Source of the DNA: Eggerthellaceae bacterium
GTDB lineage: Bacteria; Actinomycetota; Coriobacteriia; Coriobacteriales; Eggerthellaceae
Length of the DNA: 36,616 nt
NCBI GenBank assembly: GCA_017559045.1
Contig: JAFYTB010000078.1
Coordinates: 1-36,616 of the forward strand
Direction of reading: 5' to 3'
The position numbers and the translations under genes are program-made. The notes under the pieces were generated by a model that saw only the letters and a list, made by a program, of their open reading frames with translations, ran no database searches and was not told the origin of the DNA. This document shows, piece by piece, positions 26,269-33,850 of the stretch (position 1 is the first letter of the stretch; each line of letters starts with the position of its first letter).

Positions 26269-26997
26269 ATGAATCTTCCCGAATTGCTTTCCCCTGTAAC
26301 CGTAATTTGCGGCCATTATGGGGTTGGAAAAACGAATTTCGCCTTGAATCTTGCTTTGGATGCATCTAAGGCAGGGTTCAAGGTCACCCTTATCGATCTC
26401 GATATAGTCAACCCCTATTTCAGGTCGAGTGAATATCGAGTTCTTCTTGATGATTCGGGCGTTTCGCTGGTATCCCCGGTGTTTGCCCAAGCTGGAACCA
26501 GCTTGGATGTCCCTTCTCTGACGGGCGCCATTATTCCTGCAATAAATCGTGCGTACTTCGATCATGCCAAGGGTTCGTCCCTTGAGCGTGTCATCATCGA
26601 TGTAGGCGGTGACGATGCGGGTGCTACGGCTCTTGCTCGTTACACGCGTGAGATTTCTGCCGGACCGCATGATTTGCTCTACGTCGTGAACAAATTCAGG
26701 AACCTAACCCAGAATCCGGAGGATGCTGTTGAGGTTCTTCAAGAGATTCAAGAACGTAGCGGACTGAGGGCTACTGGCTTGGTCAGCAATGCTCACCTCA
26801 AGTCTGAAACCTCTCTATCCGAGGTGTTTGAGGGTGCTCGCTTCGCTTACGTCATTAGTGATATGACGAGTATTGAAGCTAAGTGCATTACTCTGCCTAT
26901 TTCGCTCGTTCAGCAGGTAGGGGAGGATGGCGAGGCTATCGTGCCCGTAGATAAAAGGTATCCTGTGCGGATACTCGTAAAATCCCCCTGGGAGTAA
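26269..26997 (+). CDS. Orphan P-loop NTPase, SIMIBI (MinD/ParA/CooC-like) fold
   Basis: 242 aa. Walker A GHYGVGKT sits immediately after a beta-strand (VTVIC), followed by KVTLIDLD and a Walker B-like VIIDVGGDD. There is no CxxC motif and no MinD-type KGG signature lysine. Confidence 0.65.
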   Translation: MNLPELLSPVTVICGHYGVGKTNFALNLALDASKAGFKVTLIDLDIVNPYFRSSEYRVLLDDSGVSLVSPVFAQAGTSLDVPSLTGAIIPAINRAYFDHAKGSSLERVIIDVGGDDAGATALARYTREISAGPHDLLYVVNKFRNLTQNPEDAVEVLQEIQERSGLRATGLVSNAHLKSETSLSEVFEGARFAYVISDMTSIEAKCITLPISLVQQVGEDGEAIVPVDKRYPVRILVKSPWE

Positions 26998-27046
26998 TTT
27001 CCCTGCTTTTAGCAGGTTGGATTAGATTTCAAGAAAGAGGTGCTCT

Positions 27047-27253
27047 ATGGCCAGAATCGCTGTCGATGAGGGCTTCTGCAAGGGCTGCGGCCTTTGCGTT
27101 GACGCCTGCCCTCGAAGCATCATAGAACTCGATCCTGATCGCATCACGCCGAAGGGATACCATCCCGCGCACTGCATCGACGACTCCCGTTGCACGGGCT
27201 GCGCCAACTGCGCTCTGATGTGCCCCGACGTCGCCATCACGGTTTGGAGGTAG
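27047..27253 (+). CDS. 2x[4Fe-4S] ferredoxin-type delta subunit of 2-oxoacid:ferredoxin oxidoreductase
   Basis: 68 aa with two cluster motifs, CKGCGLCVDACP and CTGCANCALMCP. The stop lies 2 nt before the alpha subunit ATG. Confidence 0.87.
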   Translation: MARIAVDEGFCKGCGLCVDACPRSIIELDPDRITPKGYHPAHCIDDSRCTGCANCALMCPDVAITVWR

Positions 27254-27255
27254 AC

Positions 27256-28326
27256 ATGGCAGAGAAAGTTCTCATGAAGGGCAACGAGGCCCTCGCTGAG
27301 GCCGCGCTGCGCGCCGGCTGCCGCTTCTTCTTCGGCTATCCCATCACGCCGCAGACCGAGGTCGCGGCGTACATGTCCAAGCGCCTTCCGCAGGTCGGCG
27401 GCACCTACCTGCAGGCCGAGTCCGAGGTCGCGGCCATCAACATGGTCTACGGCGCCTCCGCCGCGGGTGCGCGCGTCATGACGTCCTCCTCCTCCCCGGG
27501 CATCTCCCTGAAGAGCGAGGGCATCTCCTACATGGCCGGCGCCGACCTCCCCGGCGTCATCATCAACATCCAGCGCGGCGGCCCGGGCCTCGGCGGCATC
27601 CAGCCGTCCCAGTCCGACTACTGGCAGGCCACCCGCGCAACCGGCCACGGCGACTTCCAGATCTTCGTCTTCGCGCCCTCCACGGTCCAGGAGATGGCCG
27701 ACTGCGCCTACGAGGCGTTCGACATCGCCGACAGGTACCGCATCCCCGTCATGATCCTCGGAGACGGCCTCCTCGGCCAGATGATGGAGCCCGTCGCCCT
27801 GCCCGAGCAGCGCGATCTCTCCAGCCTCCCCGAGAAGCCCTGGGCGACCAGCGGCCACAGGGGCGAGAGGGCGCACAACGTCGCCAACTCCCTCTACCTC
27901 ACCGCAGAAGAGCTCGAGCGCCTCAACATCGAGCGCTACGAGCGCTACCAGGCCATCAAGGACGCCGAGCAGCGCTGCGAGGAGTACCTCGTCGACGACG
28001 CCGACATCGTCATCGTCGCGTTCGGCGCCTCGGCCCGCGTCGCGCGCAGCGCCGTCAACGCCGCCCGCGAGCAGGGCATCAGGGCCGGCCTTCTCCGCCC
28101 CGTCACCCTGTGGCCCTTCCCCGAGTCCGCCGTCTCCGCCGCGGCCGACTCCGCGAAGGCGCTCCTTGCCGTGGAGATGAACATGGGCCAGATGGTCGAC
28201 GACGTGCGCCTCGTCGCGAACGGCCGCGTCCCCGTGGAGTTCTTCGGCCGCACCGGCGGCGTCATCCCCACGCCCGCCGAGGTGCTCGCGAAGATCGTCG
28301 AGATCAATGAGAGGAGCGGTGAGTAG
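27256..28326 (+). CDS. 2-oxoacid:ferredoxin oxidoreductase alpha subunit (VorB/PorA-like)
   Basis: 356 aa from the ATG at 27256. LMKGNEALAEAALRAGCRFFFGYPITPQTE is typical of OFOR alpha subunits. About 72% G+C in sampled lines. Confidence 0.88.
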   Translation: MAEKVLMKGNEALAEAALRAGCRFFFGYPITPQTEVAAYMSKRLPQVGGTYLQAESEVAAINMVYGASAAGARVMTSSSSPGISLKSEGISYMAGADLPGVIINIQRGGPGLGGIQPSQSDYWQATRATGHGDFQIFVFAPSTVQEMADCAYEAFDIADRYRIPVMILGDGLLGQMMEPVALPEQRDLSSLPEKPWATSGHRGERAHNVANSLYLTAEELERLNIERYERYQAIKDAEQRCEEYLVDDADIVIVAFGASARVARSAVNAAREQGIRAGLLRPVTLWPFPESAVSAAADSAKALLAVEMNMGQMVDDVRLVANGRVPVEFFGRTGGVIPTPAEVLAKIVEINERSGE

Positions 28327-28327
28327 C

Positions 28328-29164
28328 ATGAGCGAAGCAACCGCCGAGAAGCTCGTCTACGAGCGCCCCCACGCGCTTCTGCCCGTGGTCACCAACTACT
28401 GCCCCGGATGCCCGCACGGCATCGTCATCCGCCTCGTGGCCGAGGTCCTCGACGAGCTCGGGGTCGAGGGCGAAGCCGTCGGCGTCGCGCCCGTCGGCTG
28501 CGCCGTCATGGCCTACGACTTCTTCGGATGCGACATGATCGAGGCCGCGCACGGCCGCGCCCCGGCTGTCGCCACCGGCGTGAAGCGCGTCCATCCCGGC
28601 AACGTGGTCTTCGCCTACCAGGGCGACGGCGACCTCGCCTCCATCGGCATGGCCGAGACCGTCCACGCCGCCACCCGCGGCGAGAACATCACCGTCATCT
28701 TCATCAACAACGCGATCTACGGCATGACGGGCGGCCAGATGGCCCCCACCTCGCTTCCGAACCAGGTCACCCAGACCTCGCCCTACGGCCGCGACGTCGA
28801 CACCGCCGGCTACCCGGTGCGCGTCGCCGAGCTCCTCTCGAGCCTCGACGGCGTCGCCTACATCGAGCGCGTCACCGTCGACAAGCCCGCAAGCGTCCGC
28901 AAGGCCAAGAAGGCCATCAGGAAGGCCTTCGAGACCCAGATCGCCGGCCGCGGCTACTCCATGGTCGAGGTGGTCTCCACCTGCCCGACCAACTGGGGCA
29001 TGACCCCGCAGGACTCCTTCGAGTGGATGCGCGAGAACATGCTTCCCTATTATCCGCTCGGCGTTAAGAAGGACGTCGTGGCCGACGGCTTCGAGAACGC
29101 GGCGGAGGCCGCCCTCGCCCGCGCGGCCGGCTGCCCCATCGCGCAGCCCAAGGGCGCAGAGTAG
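28328..29164 (+). CDS. 2-oxoacid:ferredoxin oxidoreductase beta subunit (thiamine-diphosphate binding)
   Basis: 278 aa from the ATG at 28328. CPGCPHG, TPP motif GDGDL...NNAIYGMTGGQ, and a 1-nt gap after the alpha stop. Confidence 0.88.
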   Translation: MSEATAEKLVYERPHALLPVVTNYCPGCPHGIVIRLVAEVLDELGVEGEAVGVAPVGCAVMAYDFFGCDMIEAAHGRAPAVATGVKRVHPGNVVFAYQGDGDLASIGMAETVHAATRGENITVIFINNAIYGMTGGQMAPTSLPNQVTQTSPYGRDVDTAGYPVRVAELLSSLDGVAYIERVTVDKPASVRKAKKAIRKAFETQIAGRGYSMVEVVSTCPTNWGMTPQDSFEWMRENMLPYYPLGVKKDVVADGFENAAEAALARAAGCPIAQPKGAE

Positions 29165-29179
29165 GAAAGGGGATACAAC

Positions 29180-29716
29180 ATGAGCAAGGATATGCAGGCG
29201 GTGTTCGCCGGCTTCGGCGGCCAGGGCACCCTCTTCTCCGGCAAGGTCGTCGCCTACGCGGGCCTCATCGAGGGCCGCGAGGTCTCGTGGTTCCCGTCCT
29301 ACGGCCCCGAGATGCGCGGCGGCACCGCCAACTGCTCCGTCACCGTCTCGGACTCCCTCATCGGCAGCCCCCTGGTGACCGAGCCCGACGCGGTAATCGC
29401 CATGAACCAGCCCTCGTTCGACAAGTTCCTCCCCATGGTCAAGAAGGGCGGCATCGTCGTCGCCGACACCTCCATGGTCGCGGACCTCGCCCAGCGCGAG
29501 GGCGTACGCGTCATCGGCATCCCCGCGACCAAGATCGCGGAGGAGGCCGGTCTCAAGGGTCTTGCCAACATCGTGCTTCTCGGACGCCTCTTCGCGGAGG
29601 AGCCCTTCTGCTCTCCCGAGAGCCTCGATGCCGCTCTTGTTAAGTGCATTCCGCCGAAAAAGGCGGCTATGCTCGACAAGAACCGTGTTGCCGTCAAGCT
29701 TGGAATGGAGTCGTAA
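29180..29716 (+). CDS. 2-oxoacid:ferredoxin oxidoreductase gamma subunit
   Basis: 178 aa. FAGFGGQGTLFSGKV...SYGPEMRGGTANCSV is typical of OFOR gamma domains. Confidence 0.88.
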   Translation: MSKDMQAVFAGFGGQGTLFSGKVVAYAGLIEGREVSWFPSYGPEMRGGTANCSVTVSDSLIGSPLVTEPDAVIAMNQPSFDKFLPMVKKGGIVVADTSMVADLAQREGVRVIGIPATKIAEEAGLKGLANIVLLGRLFAEEPFCSPESLDAALVKCIPPKKAAMLDKNRVAVKLGMES

Positions 29717-30264
29717 TGGACGCTATGAGGGAAATCGGCCTCCGTATTGAGGGCCTCCGTGAGGCTTGCGACGTAACCCAGGAGGAAATGGCACGCGAGC
29801 TTAGCGTTGATCTTGAAACGTATCAGAGGTGGGAGCAGACGGGTGCGGATGTGCCTATCTCCGCTATCTACCATATGGCTAAGACCTTTGGCGTTGAGTT
29901 TACTGAGATCCTCACGGGTACTGCCGCGAAGCTTGACACGTATCAGGTAGTCCGTGCTGGTGAGGGTAAGGAAGTTGATCGTTACCCTGGTTATTACTAC
30001 GAGGATCTCGCCTGGCGTTATCAGGGAAAGATCATGCAGCCTTTGCTTGTTGTCCTTGATCCTTCCGATGAGCCTGCGAAGCTTGTTTCCCATACGGGTC
30101 AAGAGTTCAACGTGGTAATTGAGGGTACTGTTATCGTTCAGTTTGAGGACAAGGAATTTGCCCTGAATCCTGGCGATAGCATTTACTTCAACCCCATGTA
30201 TCCGCATGGTCAGCGCTGTGGCGGCAACGCTACTGCGAAATTCATCACCATCATTGCTGAATAA
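29716..30264 (+). CDS. XRE-family HTH regulator with C-terminal cupin domain (copy 2)
   Basis: 182 aa from the ATG at 29716, which forms a TAATG overlap with the gamma stop. HTH (RIEGLREACDVTQEEMARELSVDLETYQRWEQTG) plus cupin-like segment (HTGQEFNVVIEGTVIV..LNPGDSIYFNPMYPHG). Same architecture as copy 1 but visibly divergent. Confidence 0.78.
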   Translation: MDAMREIGLRIEGLREACDVTQEEMARELSVDLETYQRWEQTGADVPISAIYHMAKTFGVEFTEILTGTAAKLDTYQVVRAGEGKEVDRYPGYYYEDLAWRYQGKIMQPLLVVLDPSDEPAKLVSHTGQEFNVVIEGTVIVQFEDKEFALNPGDSIYFNPMYPHGQRCGGNATAKFITIIAE

Positions 30265-30283
30265 CGAAAGACATTAATCATCC

Positions 30284-31957
30284 ATGGATCACATTCTGAA
30301 AAAGTACTGCCCTCGTATTGAATTCGACTCTTACGAAGATTTCTTTGAGAATTTCTCCATTGAAGTACCTGAGGATTTTAACTTCGGCTATGACGTCGTT
30401 GACGAGTGGGCGAGGGTGGAGCCTGAGAAGCGTGCGCTGGTTTGGTGCGACGATGCCGGCAACGAGCGCATCTTCGCGTTCTCGGATGTTTCCCGTATTT
30501 CCAATAAGGTAGCCAATGCCTTCTACAAGCGCGGTATTCGCAAGGGCGACGTTGTCATGTGCATCCTTCGTCGCCGTTGGGAGTATTGGATGATTGCGTC
30601 TGCCTTGTGCAAGATTGGTGCAACCGTCATTCCCGCATCTTTGCAGCTCACTAAGAAGGACATTGTCTATCGAGCAAATGGCGCAAACGTCAAGATGATG
30701 GTTTGCGTAAGCGATCCTTACGTTCTTGAGCAGGTCGAGCTTGCAAGGCCCGATGCCCCGTCTATCGCTGACATCGTCATCGTCGACGGCGAGCGTGAGG
30801 GCTGGCTGACCTTTGATGATCTGATCGCTGATGAGCCTGAGACCTGGACCCGCCCCGAGGGTTCCGAGCGTACGTGCTCTAGCGATACTATGCTCATTTA
30901 TTTCACCAGCGGCACTACGGGCAACGCTAAGGCTGTTTGCCATAATTTTGCCCATCCGTTGGGTCATATCCTTACCGCTCGTTATTGGCAGCAGGTTAAG
31001 GAAAATTGCCTTCATATGAGCGTTACGGACTCCGGTTGGGCAAAGTTCGGCTGGGGAAAGATCTACGGCCAGTGGATTTGCGGTGCCACCATCTTTGCGT
31101 ATGACATGGAGAAGTTCGTTCCCCTGAAGCTTCTTCAGAAGATTCAGGATTACAAGCTCACCACTTTCTGCGCGCCTCCGACCATGTATCGCTTCATGCT
31201 TCAGGAAGACGTTTCGCAGTTTGATCTCTCTAGCGTTCAGAATTTCGCCACTGCTGGTGAGCCCTTGAATGCTGAAGTTACGCTTGTATGGGAGCGCTTG
31301 ACCGGTAAGAAGATTCGTGAGGGTTTTGGTCAGACCGAGGGCCCTGTTCTTCTTGCAACCTTTGAGTGGGTTGAACCGCGACCCGGCTCCATGGGCAAGC
31401 CTTCTCCGCTTCTCAACATTAAGCTTCTTGATGATGACGGCGCTCAGGTTCCTGATGGCGAAGAGGGTGCAATTTGCGTTACCGGCCTCAAGGAGGCTTA
31501 CCCGCCTGGCCTTTTCGTGGGTTATTACCAGGATGAGGAGCGCACGCGCGAGGCGGTTGGTGGAGAGTATTACAACCTTCACGACATGGCCTGGCGCGAC
31601 TCTGACGGTTATTGCTTCTTCGTTGGCCGCAACGATGACGTTATTAAGTGCTCTGGCTACCGCATCGGCCCCTTTGAGGTCGAGAGCGCTCTGATCGAGC
31701 ATCCTGCTGTTGTCGAATGCGCTGTTACCGCAGCACCCGATCCCATTCGTGGCATGGTGGTTAAGGCTACCGTTGTTCTTGCGAGAGGCTACGAGCCTTC
31801 CGATGAGCTTATCAAGGAGCTGCAGACTCACGTCAAGAAGACCACGGCACCTTATAAGTATCCTCGTATTGTCGAGTTTGTCGACGAGCTGCCTAAGACC
31901 ATCGGCGGCAAGATTAAGCGCAAGCTGATTCGTACGCAGGACGGAATTAAGGATTAG
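30284..31957 (+). CDS. AMP-forming acyl-CoA synthetase, medium-chain (ACSM/MACS-like) type, paralog 2
   Basis: 557 aa with the same motif set as paralog 1: FNFGYDVVDE, YFTSGTTGNAK, TAGEPLN, EGFGQTE, GRNDDVIKCSGYRIGPFEVES and PKTIGGKIKR. It lacks a roughly 30-aa insertion present in paralog 1. Confidence 0.86.
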   Translation: MDHILKKYCPRIEFDSYEDFFENFSIEVPEDFNFGYDVVDEWARVEPEKRALVWCDDAGNERIFAFSDVSRISNKVANAFYKRGIRKGDVVMCILRRRWEYWMIASALCKIGATVIPASLQLTKKDIVYRANGANVKMMVCVSDPYVLEQVELARPDAPSIADIVIVDGEREGWLTFDDLIADEPETWTRPEGSERTCSSDTMLIYFTSGTTGNAKAVCHNFAHPLGHILTARYWQQVKENCLHMSVTDSGWAKFGWGKIYGQWICGATIFAYDMEKFVPLKLLQKIQDYKLTTFCAPPTMYRFMLQEDVSQFDLSSVQNFATAGEPLNAEVTLVWERLTGKKIREGFGQTEGPVLLATFEWVEPRPGSMGKPSPLLNIKLLDDDGAQVPDGEEGAICVTGLKEAYPPGLFVGYYQDEERTREAVGGEYYNLHDMAWRDSDGYCFFVGRNDDVIKCSGYRIGPFEVESALIEHPAVVECAVTAAPDPIRGMVVKATVVLARGYEPSDELIKELQTHVKKTTAPYKYPRIVEFVDELPKTIGGKIKRKLIRTQDGIKD

Positions 31958-32002
31958 CCAATAGGTATCCGCTCTGCTATTTAGGGACTATAAACATTTG
32001 AT

Positions 32003-32035
32003 AAACGGGATGCATTTGCGTCCCGTTTATGTTTG
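32003..32035 (+). terminator. Rho-independent terminator closing the ligase/OFOR operon
   Basis: 11-bp stem aaacgggatgc (32003-32013) / gcgtcccgttt (32018-32028) with one G-U pair, attt loop, then atgtttg. Confidence 0.7.
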
Positions 32036-32096
32036 TAAGGGGCATCAGGACTGCTTTGATATACTTTTCTGAACATAAATCTCAGAAGGGCTCTTC

Positions 32097-32954
32097 ATGT
32101 TTCAGTTCAATCGTAAGTATATGTTCATGGCAACCGGCGCAGGCCTGGTTGTCACCGCTGTTGTGCAAACCATCTACTCGATGATTACTCACCAGGCCAT
32201 GTCTGCAACCCTGCCTGGGTTGGTTCTGTCTCTTGGTTTGTTCGTTGTTGTTACTGCTTTTGCGGCCGTGCACTTCTCCAAGAGGGCCACTGAGGATGCG
32301 GATGCCTTCATCTCGCTGTATGACGATCTGTGCGACCCGCAGTCCTTTGTAGATCAGGGGAAGCTGCTTGCAAGTGGCATGACCGTCCCTTATACGGCTT
32401 CTAGCTCGTGGTTCATGTCTTATTACGCGCAAGCTTTGCTCGATGTTGGCGTCACCCAGAATGCTCGTGAAATCGAGCGTGCTATGTATGACAGCATTGC
32501 GGAAACTAGCAAGACCGAGGAGCAAGCGCAGATCATCACCAATTTGGTCCCGCTGTCGCTGAAGGTGCTTGGCCCCGAAGAGACCCTTCCCATTATCGAA
32601 ACGGGTATTGACCTGCTTAAACAGGGTCCTCAGCTGAAGCTTGCGCCTGTGATTGCCTACCTTGAGAATCAGCGCATTATCGTTGATGCTCGCATTTTTG
32701 GTAAAGCCGATAAGTTGCTTCCTTTCTATGCCAGCGTTAGAGCCGATAGCAGTGTGCCTTTACGCGTTCGCGTAGAGCATACGTGGGATGAGGCGCGTTT
32801 GCATTACCAGTTAGGAAATGTTCCTGCAGAAAAGGAATGCCTTGAGTACGTGACACGTTTTGGCAATAGACTTGCGCTTGTTAAGGCCGCCAGAGAGCGC
32901 CTTGCGGTGATCCATTCCTCTTCTGAAGCCGTATCTGCTCAAGAATCCGTCTAG
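32097..32954 (+). CDS. Hypothetical protein with two N-terminal TM helices and a helical soluble domain
   Basis: 285-aa ORF with agaaggg before the ATG. No motif I recognise. It is bounded by the operon terminator upstream and the pyr leader downstream. Confidence 0.5.
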   Translation: MFQFNRKYMFMATGAGLVVTAVVQTIYSMITHQAMSATLPGLVLSLGLFVVVTAFAAVHFSKRATEDADAFISLYDDLCDPQSFVDQGKLLASGMTVPYTASSSWFMSYYAQALLDVGVTQNAREIERAMYDSIAETSKTEEQAQIITNLVPLSLKVLGPEETLPIIETGIDLLKQGPQLKLAPVIAYLENQRIIVDARIFGKADKLLPFYASVRADSSVPLRVRVEHTWDEARLHYQLGNVPAEKECLEYVTRFGNRLALVKAARERLAVIHSSSEAVSAQESV

Positions 32955-33059
32955 GTATTTTCTGCAACCACCATAGCTAAGGTTCATTCACCACGTTTCC
33001 AATATGAAACGTTACCTTCGTAGGCCTTACGAAGCGGCTTCGTATGCGTTACACTCTTC

Positions 33060-33170
33060 TCGTCCTTTAAATGCGGTACAGAGAGACCGACAAGGCGACA
33101 TATCTGCCGATATCGTAGGTAGCGACTATCGGCATAGCGTGGGCCTTTGTCAGTCGCAAAGGCTATTTTT
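33060..33170 (+). promoter_or_regulatory. PyrR-dependent transcription attenuator (binding loop, antiterminator, terminator)
   Basis: 33060-33098, tcgtcctttaaatgcggtacagagagaccgacaaggcga, matches the PyrR binding-loop pattern: a lower stem tcg(t)cctt/aaggcga, a UUUAAAU internal loop, an upper stem cggt/accg and an ACAGAGAG loop. A hairpin tgccgata/tatcggca follows at 33105-33134. The terminator stem gcctttg (33143-33149) / caaaggc (33157-33163) is followed by tattttta. Confidence 0.65.
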
Positions 33171-33252
33171 ATGCACTGTTCCCGTTGCTAGATGGCTGAT
33201 TTGCGGTTGACGGTTTCACCTGTACGCACTCAACTTTTGGAAGGGAGTGTGT

Positions 33253-33849
33253 ATGACGGAAACGAACATGGTTAAGAGCGTCTGTATGAGCGAAGACGAG
33301 ATCGAGCGATCTCTGACTCGCATTGCGCATCAGATTCTCGAGGCCAACAAAGGTGCAGATTCCATTGCGCTGGTCGGCATTGTGACCCGCGGTGATCTGC
33401 TTGCCAAGATGCTGGTTGACAAGATTGAGCAGATCGAGGGGGTGAGGGTCCCCTTGGGTAAGCTTGACATCAGCTTCTATCGAGATGACTACCTGACCTA
33501 TCTTTCCCCTGAGGTTCACTCTACCGATATCCCCTTTGCGCTTGAGGGTAAGACTATCGTCCTCGTCGATGACGTTCTTTACTCCGGACGCACCATCAGA
33601 GCTGCTCTGGACGCTCTTATGGATTTCGGACGCCCTGACGCCGTTCAGCTCGCGGTTCTGATTGATCGAGGCCATAGGAAGCTTCCTATTAGGGCTGATT
33701 TTGTCGGAAAGAACGTACCTTCGTCCTCCAACGAAAACGTCCGTCTTTTTATTGAGCCCATCGATGAATTCACTGCAGTCGAGATTCTTGAACTCGGTGA
33801 TGGCGATCGTATCGGATCGGCTCCCATCGCCAAGCGCGGAGGTGAGTAG
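33253..33849 (+). CDS. pyrR: Bifunctional pyr-mRNA-binding attenuation protein / uracil phosphoribosyltransferase PyrR
   Basis: PRPP-binding motif IVLVDDVLYSGRTIRAALDAL and a PyrR-like N-terminus. ATG at 33253 after ggaaggga. A GTG at 33247 is the alternative start. Confidence 0.88.
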   Translation: MTETNMVKSVCMSEDEIERSLTRIAHQILEANKGADSIALVGIVTRGDLLAKMLVDKIEQIEGVRVPLGKLDISFYRDDYLTYLSPEVHSTDIPFALEGKTIVLVDDVLYSGRTIRAALDALMDFGRPDAVQLAVLIDRGHRKLPIRADFVGKNVPSSSNENVRLFIEPIDEFTAVEILELGDGDRIGSAPIAKRGGE

Positions 33850-33850
33850 A

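Noticed and set aside
33004-33210. A 68-aa ORF in the region upstream of pyrR.
   Set aside because: It spans the PyrR binding loop, the antiterminator and the terminator hairpins. It has no SD, and the region is better explained as a structured attenuator RNA.
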